Below, piece after piece: positions 46,102 through 53,865 of a stretch of DNA of 53,865 nucleotides. Positions within the stretch are counted from its first letter, which is position 1; the number at the start of each line of letters is the position of its first letter. The notes under the pieces were generated by a model. The model did not search any database. It saw only the letters and a list, made by a program, of their open reading frames with translations, and was not told where the DNA came from. A program made the position numbers and the translations under genes. The DNA is from Gemmatimonadaceae bacterium (GTDB taxonomy: Bacteria > Gemmatimonadota > Gemmatimonadetes > Gemmatimonadales > Gemmatimonadaceae): contig JBGTBX010000415.1 of NCBI GenBank assembly GCA_041749115.1, positions 1 to 53,865 of the forward strand, read 5' to 3'.

Positions 46102-48657
46102 ATGACACCGCCCAGACTTTCCGCGATCTCCTGCGCCCTCACGATCGCTGTCCTCGTTTCCGTTGCGCCGCGTCCGGCCGCAGCTCAGACCACGATCGAC
46201 CGCTGGCTTGTACTCGGACCGACCCCAGTGCTGCAGCCCTTCGGCAGCGCCGCGTCCGACTCATCGGTCCTGGGAAATTGGCGCCTCCGCGTCGACGGCT
46301 CGTGGCCGCGTGAGGGAGGCACGGTGCCCGCGCCGTCCGGGGCTGCCCTGCGATGGAGCAGGGGGGACGGCTCTGCCGCTTCGGCGACGATGGTGTATGC
46401 GGCTGCCTATATATCCAGCGAGCGATGGCAGCGGCTGACGTTGGAGTCCGAGCTCGCTGCGGACGAGGCACGTCGCGTGTGGGTCGATGGCGCGCGTGTC
46501 ACCGGTACCAGCGTCACACTGACGCGCGGGAAACATATGGTCCTCGTGCAACGTGCCGCGCGTGGCAGTGCTGCGTTAGGCGCTCTGAGTCTGCGGTTTA
46601 ATCCTGCCGAGTCGGGAGCAGTCCTCGTCGCGTCGCTTGATCCGCTGCATGCGCCCACATGGCGCGAACTCCACAGCGTTCGTTCCGTCAACACCATCGC
46701 CACCAATCCGACAGGGACGCGGGTCGCTGTGGTCCTACGCGCACGTGACGCCTCGGCTGATCGTACCGACACATGGCTTGAGGTACGTGAAGTCACAGGC
46801 GGAAAGCTGCTGAACGAATGGCGGAATGGTGCCCCGGCCTCGCCGCGTTGGTCACCCGATGGTTCGCGGTTGGCCCTGGCGGTCGCATCCGATAAGCCGG
46901 GCAGCGTGGGACGTGACGTGATGATATGGAATGCCGCGACGAACAGCAGCGCGCGCGTACTGCGCTCGGAATCCGTCGCGAGCATCGTGGGCTGGTCGCC
47001 AGACGGCGCCCGTATCTACTACCTCGGCGTGGAGCGCGCGTCGCGCGATTCGGCAGCGAAACCGGGCGCGATGACACGACTGACGGAAGTCTGGCAGCGC
47101 TTCGGGGATTCGCCCGACAAAATGCACCTGTTCGCCGTGAATGTTGCTGAGGGTACACGCACAACGGTCGTTGGCGACTCCGCCGTTGGGCTTGCCGGAG
47201 CGTCCCTGTCGCCGGACGGCAAAACGATCGTGTTTTCACGGTCGGTGAATCATGGCGAAGGTCCGCCGTGGTTGCGAGCTGAGCTGTGGACGCTGGATGT
47301 GGCGACCCTGGCGACGAAGCGACTCCTGAACCTGACCAATCAGGCGTTCAGCGCGCCGACGACCTTTGCGTGGGCGCCCGACTCGCGCGCTATTGCATTT
47401 TGTGGCAGTGCCAAGGAAGTGCAGGCGCGTGCCGATTCGACGTTCAGTGTCTACGAAAACGAGTTGTATGCCACGTCGATCGAACGTCCGGCGCTGGTGC
47501 ATCTCAGCGAAGGGTATGTGCCGTCGGTTGGCGCCGGACTTGGCTGTTCGCAGTTGGTCTGGAACGCGAAGGATGGACGTATCTATGCGCCGGTTGACGC
47601 CGGAGCGCGGTCGATGATCGCACGGACGGTACGGGCCGTGACGTCTGCGGTCGACCGCACCACGCTCGAAACCATGGCTCTGCCCGCGGAGACCATGTCG
47701 GCATTCGACATCGCAGGTGACGCCATACTTGCCGCGGTGGAAGGACCGACCACACCGCCCTCTATCCAGCGGATTGATCTGGCGACCGGCCGCGCGTCGA
47801 TCGTGTCGTCGCCTAACGCGGGCGCACTCGAGTCGCTTGCCATGCCGACGTGGAGCGCGTGGTCGTTCCGCAATTCGCGAGGTGAGAACATCGAGTCGTG
47901 GTATTGGCTGCCTCCGGCATTCGACTCCACCGCCAAACACCCGATGATTGTGCACTACTACGGTGGCACGCTCCCCATGAAGAAGGAATTTGAAGAGCGG
48001 CTGCTGTGGTTTGCATCAAACGGCTACGTCGTGCTGATGATGAATCCTGCTGGTGCCCCCGGGTATGGGCAGAAGTTTTCCGATTACCATGCCAATGATT
48101 GGGGCTATCCCGCCGCGAGTGACATTATCGAAGGCACACAGCAATTCACGGCAACACACGCGTACGTTGACGCGTCGCGGGTCGGCAATTTCGGGCACTC
48201 GTATGGCGGCTTCATGACGATGCACCTGCTGACGCGCACGAAAATCTTCCGCACGGGAATTTCGCTGGCGGGTATCTCCAACATCGCCGACTACTGGGGA
48301 GCCGGCGCTTCCGGTTACAGCTATACGGATGGCACCTGTCCGGGATGTTATCCCTGGAACAGGAAGGACGTGTATGTCGATCGCTCTCCGCTGTTCCAGG
48401 CCGATAATATCACTACACCGTTGCTGCTTATTCACGGTGACGGTGATACGAACGTGGTTCCCACGGAATCGGAGCAGATGTTCACGGCGCTGCGGATGCT
48501 GGGTCGCGAAGTGGAACTGATTCGGGTGGCGGGTGAGAATCACGGGATCAACTCGCGGCCGGCGGTGGAGGAGGGCCGCGACGGCGCCATGCTGGACTGG
48601 TTCGACAAATATCTGCGCGATCGTCCGGAGGCATGGACGGCCCGGTGGGCGCGCTGA
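46102..48657 (+). CDS. Secreted S9-family serine peptidase (prolyl oligopeptidase/acylaminoacyl-peptidase type) with N-terminal beta-propeller domains
   Basis: Signal peptide MTPPRLSAISCALTIAVLVSVAPRPAAAQ. WSPDG repeats (propeller). C-terminal alpha/beta hydrolase with GHSYGGFMT (nucleophile Ser), ...IHGDGDTNV, ...GENHGIN. Confidence 0.8.
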   Translation: MTPPRLSAISCALTIAVLVSVAPRPAAAQTTIDRWLVLGPTPVLQPFGSAASDSSVLGNWRLRVDGSWPREGGTVPAPSGAALRWSRGDGSAASATMVYAAAYISSERWQRLTLESELAADEARRVWVDGARVTGTSVTLTRGKHMVLVQRAARGSAALGALSLRFNPAESGAVLVASLDPLHAPTWRELHSVRSVNTIATNPTGTRVAVVLRARDASADRTDTWLEVREVTGGKLLNEWRNGAPASPRWSPDGSRLALAVASDKPGSVGRDVMIWNAATNSSARVLRSESVASIVGWSPDGARIYYLGVERASRDSAAKPGAMTRLTEVWQRFGDSPDKMHLFAVNVAEGTRTTVVGDSAVGLAGASLSPDGKTIVFSRSVNHGEGPPWLRAELWTLDVATLATKRLLNLTNQAFSAPTTFAWAPDSRAIAFCGSAKEVQARADSTFSVYENELYATSIERPALVHLSEGYVPSVGAGLGCSQLVWNAKDGRIYAPVDAGARSMIARTVRAVTSAVDRTTLETMALPAETMSAFDIAGDAILAAVEGPTTPPSIQRIDLATGRASIVSSPNAGALESLAMPTWSAWSFRNSRGENIESWYWLPPAFDSTAKHPMIVHYYGGTLPMKKEFEERLLWFASNGYVVLMMNPAGAPGYGQKFSDYHANDWGYPAASDIIEGTQQFTATHAYVDASRVGNFGHSYGGFMTMHLLTRTKIFRTGISLAGISNIADYWGAGASGYSYTDGTCPGCYPWNRKDVYVDRSPLFQADNITTPLLLIHGDGDTNVVPTESEQMFTALRMLGREVELIRVAGENHGINSRPAVEEGRDGAMLDWFDKYLRDRPEAWTARWAR

Positions 48658-48723
48658 TTTTGACAATAAGTATCTGCGCGATCGTCCGGAGGCGTGGACG
48701 GCCGGGAGGTCGCGCCGGTACTG
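48601..48723 (+). repeat. Imperfect tandem direct duplication (about 55-60 bp) of the S9 peptidase 3' end
   Basis: ttcGACAAaTATCTGCGCGATCGTCCGGAGGCaTGGACGGCCcGGtGGgCGCGCtga then ttTGACAAtaagTATCTGCGCGATCGTCCGGAGGCgTGGACGGCCGGGaGGtCGCGCcggtactga. The second copy encodes FDNKYLRDRPEAWTAGRSRRY*. Confidence 0.7.
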
Positions 48724-48790
48724 ACATTTGTTCTCAACACGTGTGCGGCGGGCCTTCCATCTCAGATTAATTAAGGTGCCTTCTCTGCGG

Positions 48791-50104
48791 ATGCCTCATC
48801 CGGTGGTGCTCATGCTTGGTGGTGTGGCCGTCGCGGCCGCGCTCACCTGGCTGATACCGGCCGGCGAATACCAACGCGTCGCGGATGTTGCGACGGGACG
48901 GACGATCGCGGTCGCCGGCACCTACCACACCGTTGCCAGCGCTCCCGTCGGGCCGTTCGCGGCATTCATGGCGGTGCCGCGGGGCATTGCCGCCGGGATC
49001 GACGTCGTCCTCACGATCATCCTCCTGGGCGGCGCATGGTATCTCGTAGACAAGCTTGGCACGCTCGGCCGCGCTGTTAACGCTCTGGCGTCTCGCTTTC
49101 GAAAAGGAAGTCTGCTCGCCCTGCCTGTGCTGATTCTTTTCTTCGCCGCGATGGGTGCTGCCGAAAACATGCAGGAAGAGATCGTCGCGCTGATTCCGGC
49201 GCTGCTGATACTTGGCAGTCGCCTTGGAGTGAATGCAGTGACCATGGTAGGCGCCAGCGCCGGCGCTGCTGCTGTGGGCGCGGCGTTCGGACCCACCAAC
49301 CCGTTTCAGGCCGGGCTCGCGCTCAAGCTGGCCGAGCTGCCGTTGCTGTCGGGCTTTGGCCTTCGTGCGGGGATGTGGACCGTGGGGGTGGCATTGTGGA
49401 CGATGTGGACGATGCGCTGGGCGACACGCCATCGTGGCCCGATTCAGAACACCGGCGTAGACCACGCGCCACTTACTGCGCGCGATGGTCTGCTGCTCGC
49501 CTGTGTGCTGGTGCCGCTCGCGGCGTACGTGTACGGGGCGCTGCGCCTGGACTGGGGCTACGATCATTTGTCAGCGGGGTACGTCATCGGCGCCATCGCC
49601 GCGGGGCTGATCGGCGGGCTGACACTTGATAAAACTATCGCTATGTATATTGAGGGGATGCAGGTCCTCCTTCCGGCGGGACTGATTGTTGGCGTGGCGC
49701 GAAGCATTTCATTGGTTCTGCAGGATGGTCGCATCATCGACACCATCCTTCATGGCATGGTGACGCCGCTGACCAACGTGTCGGCGACAGCTGCGGCCCT
49801 GCTGATGGTGCCACTGCAGGCGCTGCTCCATGTGCCGGTAGCCAGCGTAAGCGGTCAGGCGGTTCTCAGCATGCCGATTATGGTCCCGCTGTCGGACCTC
49901 CTCAGCGTGTCACGCCAGGCGACCGTGCTGGCGTTTCAGGTGGGCGCGGGGCTCTGTGACTTGCTGACGCCTACCAATGGCGCGCTGATGGCTGTGCTAC
50001 TGGCGGCGAAGGTGCCATACGGTGAGTGGCTCCGATTTGTGGTGCGAGGCTACCTTCTGATGCTGGTGGTGGGAATTGGTGGGATATTGATTGTTATGAT
50101 GTAG
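48791..50104 (+). CDS. YfcC-family membrane transporter (putative basic amino-acid antiporter; DcuC/AbgT-like fold)
   Basis: Start MPHPVVLMLGGVAVAAALTWLIPAGEY (YfcC N-terminal consensus ...LTWIIPAGEY). About 12 TM helices. Confidence 0.6.
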   Translation: MPHPVVLMLGGVAVAAALTWLIPAGEYQRVADVATGRTIAVAGTYHTVASAPVGPFAAFMAVPRGIAAGIDVVLTIILLGGAWYLVDKLGTLGRAVNALASRFRKGSLLALPVLILFFAAMGAAENMQEEIVALIPALLILGSRLGVNAVTMVGASAGAAAVGAAFGPTNPFQAGLALKLAELPLLSGFGLRAGMWTVGVALWTMWTMRWATRHRGPIQNTGVDHAPLTARDGLLLACVLVPLAAYVYGALRLDWGYDHLSAGYVIGAIAAGLIGGLTLDKTIAMYIEGMQVLLPAGLIVGVARSISLVLQDGRIIDTILHGMVTPLTNVSATAAALLMVPLQALLHVPVASVSGQAVLSMPIMVPLSDLLSVSRQATVLAFQVGAGLCDLLTPTNGALMAVLLAAKVPYGEWLRFVVRGYLLMLVVGIGGILIVMM

Positions 50105-50147
50105 TGGTGAAGCACATTGATCGTTGCCCCCGTTCAACTTTCCACGG

Positions 50148-51218
50148 ATGACCTTTTCATTCAACCGCGATATCCGATTTGCGCAGACACTCCCGTCGCG
50201 GCTTTATGTGGACCCGACGTATCTCGCGCTCGAGGAAGAGAAAATCTTCGGACGGACCTGGCAGTTGGTGGGCAAGGTGGCAGAGCTTTCGGAGACCGGC
50301 AGCTATATCACGGCCCAAATCGGTAACGAAGCGATCGTTGTTGTGCGCGACCACGGCGTGCTGCGCGGCTTCCACAACATCTGTCTGCACCGCGCCGGAC
50401 CGGTGGCGTCTGGGTGTGGTCTGCGGCAAACCCTGCAGTGTCGTTATCACGGGTGGACGTACCGGTTGGATGGGACGTTGTTGCGTGCCCCCGAAATGGA
50501 AGGATCAGAAGGATTCGATCCGGAGTCGATGCACCTTCTGCCCGTTCAGGTCGCTGAGTGGGGACCGCTGGTATTCGCTAATCTGGACCTGAAGGCACCG
50601 GGGTTGGAGTATTTTATGGAGGGCATCCCGGAGCGGGCGGCCGCGTTTCGTCCCGAAATAATGCAATACGTGATGCGGAAGTCGTGGACCGTGGAGTGCA
50701 ACTGGAAAGTGTATATTGACAACTATCTGGAAGGGTATCACCTCCCGATGGTACATCCCGGCCTCACGCGAGAGCTCGACTACGACGCGTATCGCGTTGA
50801 ACCACATCGTTACTGGTCCCTGCAACACGCCCCGCTACGCGAGGGTCATGGTCCGGAGCGCAAGTATGTCGCGAGCGGCGAGGGGGATAATGCGCAGTAT
50901 TTCTGGCTCTTTCCCAACATCATGCTCAATGTGTATCAGGGGCAGATGCAGACCAATGTGGTGATTCCTCGCGGACACGACCGGTGTGAAGTGGTGTTCG
51001 ACTGGTACGCTGCTGAGCCGCCCGTTGATGCGGCGGTGGATTCGCGGTGGACATCGCTGGTCGCATTCAGCGATGAGATACAGGACGAAGACATTGCGAT
51101 CTGCGAACGGGTGCAGAAGAACCTTCGCTCGCGTGTGTACGATCGTGGTCGCTACTCCGCCTTACGCGAGAATGGCGTTCATCATTTCCATGGTCTGCTC
51201 CACGAGTTCCTGACATGA
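50148..51218 (+). CDS. Rieske [2Fe-2S] non-heme iron oxygenase alpha subunit
   Basis: CLHRAG...CRYHGW (Rieske CxH...CxxH), a mononuclear iron site region (NYLEGYHLPMVHPG), and the Rieske-oxygenase catalytic-domain pattern. Confidence 0.75.
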   Translation: MTFSFNRDIRFAQTLPSRLYVDPTYLALEEEKIFGRTWQLVGKVAELSETGSYITAQIGNEAIVVVRDHGVLRGFHNICLHRAGPVASGCGLRQTLQCRYHGWTYRLDGTLLRAPEMEGSEGFDPESMHLLPVQVAEWGPLVFANLDLKAPGLEYFMEGIPERAAAFRPEIMQYVMRKSWTVECNWKVYIDNYLEGYHLPMVHPGLTRELDYDAYRVEPHRYWSLQHAPLREGHGPERKYVASGEGDNAQYFWLFPNIMLNVYQGQMQTNVVIPRGHDRCEVVFDWYAAEPPVDAAVDSRWTSLVAFSDEIQDEDIAICERVQKNLRSRVYDRGRYSALRENGVHHFHGLLHEFLT

Positions 51219-51437
51219 AGTTGTGCTCGCTGTGGCCGATGTCCACACGTCAGACGGAGTGCCTGATTTCCTTCGGCGTGATCGCGTCCATCGTGTTGCG
51301 GTAAGCTCGACAGGGTGGACAGAGAGATCTTTTCGGCTCGCGTGTCTGGACGGGAGGGTTGCCATACCGCCAAGTTCAAGGACCGGTGGACCGCCGCAGG
51401 CGACGAGCGGTTCAAATCCTATTTCCCTGGAGGCTCG

Positions 51438-52826
51438 ATGCGGACGTCACTTGCCGTTGCATTACTTATCCTGCCGACAACGTTCCTGGCCCAGGATGCG
51501 GGCAAGAGCGTCATCGATTTTGACAAGAAGAAAGGTGGCAGTGAGAAGGTAAAGCTCCTTGATCACGTCGTGACCCACCCAGGCGCGTGGAAGGCCGCCG
51601 ACATCGAACTTGAGCAGGATCCGGGTCGCCCGTATGTGTACGTCTCGGGTTTCGTCAATTACGATCTGCAGATTTATGACATCCGTAACACGGCGACCCC
51701 CAAAAAGATTTTCACATGGGCCATTGAAAACGCCGAGCTGCACAAGGGCGTCGGTGCGATGGACGGCAAATATTTCAAGATTAATGGGCGCTACTACTTC
51801 GCGCAGTCGTTCCAGTTCCAGCAGGGCACGCCAGACGAAGATCTGGGCGCGATAATCTTTGATGTCACCGGATTGCCTGACGCGTCCAAGGTGAAGGAAG
51901 TGGCGCGCATCCGCTATCCGCTGTCTCCGGGAGGGTTTCACAACATGTTCGCCTATAAGCACTCCGACGGGCGCGCACTGTTGTTTACTACAATCAACCT
52001 CTCCAAGGCTCTTGTGTGGGACCTGGATCAGTTGGTTAAGGGGGCAGACGAGAGCAAGTGGTTGATTGGAGAAGTGCCCAACCCCACCCCGATGAAACAA
52101 ACCGGTGCCGGTGGTTACCACGATTTTTACGTCGGCTACGATGTGGCGACGGGGCAGGACAAGTTTTATGGCGCCGGCCTGGGAGGATACTCCGTCTGGG
52201 ACGTCACGAAACCTGAGGCCCCAACGTCGCTCTTCACCATCACCAGCTCAGGCATGGATGTGGCGCACACGTTCACGCCGACTCCCGATGGCAAGTACGC
52301 CGTAACAGAGACGGAATACCAGTATACGCCGCTCCGCATCTGGGACCTCCAACCCGGACAGACGGGTCAGACCGAGAACATCGACACGCCGATTGGCGCC
52401 TGGACGGCGGATTGGCGCGACATGGCCCACAACCATGAAGTGCGCTGGCCGTACGTTTTTGTGTCGGCCTATGAAGATGGTTTGCAGGTCTTTGATATGA
52501 CGGATCCCAAGAATCCGAAAACGGTGGGCCATTGGTTCACCTGCGAGTGTGTGCACGAGCAAGGCTTTGGTGGGTCGGCCGCGAACGGGTGGCAGGGTTC
52601 GGGGAACGTGATGCAGGGAGCCTTTGGCGTCGACGTGCGCAACTACGACGGTCTGGTTGTCATCTCCGACATGCGAACCGGACTCTGGTTGTTCAGGGTC
52701 GACGGCTTCAACGGATGGAATGGCAAGGACTACGGGATGCCTAACGTCTCAAGCGTGCAGGACTGGGATCGCGGTCCGCCGAAGAGTGCGAAAGTCACGT
52801 CTGACGCGGAGAGTCGCGAACCGTGA
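51438..52826 (+). CDS. Secreted LVIVD-repeat beta-propeller protein
   Basis: Signal peptide MRTSLAVALLILPTTFLAQ. Repeated YVYVS/LQIYD, LLFTT, YVFVSAYEDGLQVFD, GLVVISD motifs characteristic of LVIVD repeats. Confidence 0.6.
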   Translation: MRTSLAVALLILPTTFLAQDAGKSVIDFDKKKGGSEKVKLLDHVVTHPGAWKAADIELEQDPGRPYVYVSGFVNYDLQIYDIRNTATPKKIFTWAIENAELHKGVGAMDGKYFKINGRYYFAQSFQFQQGTPDEDLGAIIFDVTGLPDASKVKEVARIRYPLSPGGFHNMFAYKHSDGRALLFTTINLSKALVWDLDQLVKGADESKWLIGEVPNPTPMKQTGAGGYHDFYVGYDVATGQDKFYGAGLGGYSVWDVTKPEAPTSLFTITSSGMDVAHTFTPTPDGKYAVTETEYQYTPLRIWDLQPGQTGQTENIDTPIGAWTADWRDMAHNHEVRWPYVFVSAYEDGLQVFDMTDPKNPKTVGHWFTCECVHEQGFGGSAANGWQGSGNVMQGAFGVDVRNYDGLVVISDMRTGLWLFRVDGFNGWNGKDYGMPNVSSVQDWDRGPPKSAKVTSDAESREP

Positions 52827-53347
52827 ACCAAAGTGACCTGCGCGGGCCCGCCGACGCAGGAAGGTGGCGGGCACCACGGTGGCGCCGATACACTTTCGCG
52901 TCGGTGGGGCTCGCACTCGCGTGGACGGGACCTTTTGATATCCCGTTGGAGAACACGTCCAGGGTGCCCACTGCAAGCGGAAGTGCTCGGCTCGTGTACG
53001 CTCCATCACCATTTGGAGTGGCGGTGACAAGCGATGGGCGTTCGAGTTACAACGTGCAGATTACTGCCGCCGGCCTGCCAGACCCCGCCAGCCTTGGCGC
53101 CTTTACACGGTATGTCGCCTGGCAAGTCACGACCGACCTCAAGACATGGTCGAGATTGGGCACCGTGGAGAATGGCATCGTCACGTTGGGTAAACTGGAA
53201 CTGAACAAATTTCTCCTCGTGGTAACTGCAGAGACGAGCGACCGTGACACGACCCGTCGAGGCCCGACTGTGCTCCACGGAAACTCTCCCAGCAGCTGGC
53301 TGCAGTCGTTCCTCGGGCATCCCCTCTTCCGCGGGATGGGGCAATGA
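52823..53347 (+). CDS. Hypothetical protein (174 aa), translationally coupled to both neighbours
   Basis: GTG start overlaps the LVIVD stop (GTGA). Its stop overlaps the multicopper oxidase ATG (ATGA). No recognisable motif. Confidence 0.4.
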   Translation: MNQSDLRGPADAGRWRAPRWRRYTFASVGLALAWTGPFDIPLENTSRVPTASGSARLVYAPSPFGVAVTSDGRSSYNVQITAAGLPDPASLGAFTRYVAWQVTTDLKTWSRLGTVENGIVTLGKLELNKFLLVVTAETSDRDTTRRGPTVLHGNSPSSWLQSFLGHPLFRGMGQ

Positions 53348-53865
53348 ATGTACGCACTCTCGCACGGGTACTTGCGGGCCTCGGATTCATGATGGCCTCC
53401 TCAGCGGAGGCGCAGGCGCGCAGAGATTCCACACGCCGTGACACCGTTGTTCGCAAGCCGCCGGCAAAGGATTCATTGGGGGACATGCATAAGCACGGTG
53501 CGTCGGGTGACACGATCGACAAAAAGGCCGGAGGCGGTAAGATGCCAGGTATGGCCGGCATGAATCACGACAGTATGTCGATGCCAATTCCAATGCCGGC
53601 TGGCATGCCAATGCTGCCGGGGTTAATGGGACTCAGGCCGCCAGTGACACCGTTTCTGCCGAACGCCGGTACCGATCCCATGCGCCTTCCGCTGGCCAGC
53701 AAAACGGAAATTGTCCGCCTTGCAGATGGCGACACGTTGGAGCTTCGAGCCGGATTTGTTCGACGGATGATCGGGCGCCGTGCATTTGCCATGTATGCGT
53801 TCAATGGCCAGGTACCAGGGCCGATGATTCGCGTCATGAAAGGCGCCACCGTGATCGTTCGATTC
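53344..53865 (+). CDS. Multicopper oxidase (CopA/CueO-like) with Met-rich N-terminal region, 3' partial (runs off right edge)
   Basis: My translation: MNVRTLARVLAGLGFMMASSAEAQA (signal peptide)...GKMPGMAGMNHDSMSMPIPMPAGMPMLPGLMG (Met-rich Cu-binding)...AFNGQVPGPMIRVMKGATVIVRF (cupredoxin domain 1 start). Not in the ORF track because it has no stop in the window. Confidence 0.7.
   Translation, partial: MNVRTLARVLAGLGFMMASSAEAQARRDSTRRDTVVRKPPAKDSLGDMHKHGASGDTIDKKAGGGKMPGMAGMNHDSMSMPIPMPAGMPMLPGLMGLRPPVTPFLPNAGTDPMRLPLASKTEIVRLADGDTLELRAGFVRRMIGRRAFAMYAFNGQVPGPMIRVMKGATVIVRF

Noticed and set aside
46407-47955. Multiple minus-strand ORFs (192-239 aa)
   Set aside because: Antisense to the S9 peptidase gene, Arg-rich, no motifs.
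48767-49567. 266-aa minus-strand ORF
   Set aside because: Antisense to the YfcC transporter gene.
1-53865. Search for integrase, transposase, tRNA or rRNA genes that would delimit an island
   Set aside because: No recognisable integrase or transposase motifs and no tRNA-like cloverleaf candidates were found by eye. The accessory character is inferred from gene decay only.

Overview
This window is high-GC (about 65%) bacterial chromosomal DNA, densely coding on both strands. Several protein families suggest a Gemmatimonadota-like organism, but that is low-confidence. I found no rRNA, tRNA, CRISPR array, transposase or integrase.

Layout:
- **1-11.1 kb: a decayed accessory region.** Phosphoketolase is translationally coupled to a PPK2 gene that runs off the left edge. 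The rest is a remnant of a copper/heavy-metal cluster: a YHS-domain protein, small DUF2933-like and other membrane proteins, and a P1B-type ATPase N-terminal half abutting a CusA/CzcA C-terminal fragment (a deletion scar). Also here: NhaC, a frameshifted dienelactone hydrolase, an archaeal-type (type II) GAPDH and a patatin-like lipase.
- **11.4-12.6 kb:** two convergent Phd/YefM-PIN (VapBC-like) toxin-antitoxin modules whose 3' ends overlap. One toxin is truncated, and each module has a palindromic operator.
- **12.8-22.3 kb:** a PorX-like response regulator with a PglZ domain sits next to an MsbA-like exporter and lipid A / LPS-type genes (glycosyltransferases, an LpxL-family acyltransferase, a class V aminotransferase). 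GlpD lies on the opposite strand.
- **22.5-30.8 kb: housekeeping.** TyrS, a PaaK-like ligase, PBP1A, an amidohydrolase, IlvE and a standalone HNH endonuclease.
- **30.8-37.8 kb: the most interesting locus.** An eight-gene minus-strand operon encodes an NtrY-like histidine kinase, four tandem paralogous small membrane proteins, a sigma-54 NtrC/NtrX-type response regulator, an outer-membrane beta-barrel protein and a DUF4390 protein. The four small proteins share a roughly 25-residue motif (DRLDRIEQAIDAxAVEVERISEGQRY) that follows a single transmembrane helix.
- **38.2-53.9 kb.** A NYN/LOTUS protein with a histone-H1-like basic tail is coupled to a 3-methyladenine glycosylase. Then come an OmpW-like porin, flotillin with NfeD, a DUF2911 lipoprotein, a SnoaL-like protein, a secreted S9 peptidase with a tandem duplication of its 3' end, a YfcC transporter and a Rieske oxygenase. 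The window ends with an LVIVD-repeat protein, a hypothetical protein and a Met-rich multicopper oxidase that runs off the right edge.

Coordinates follow the supplied ORF track. Start-codon choices were refined by eye and are approximate.
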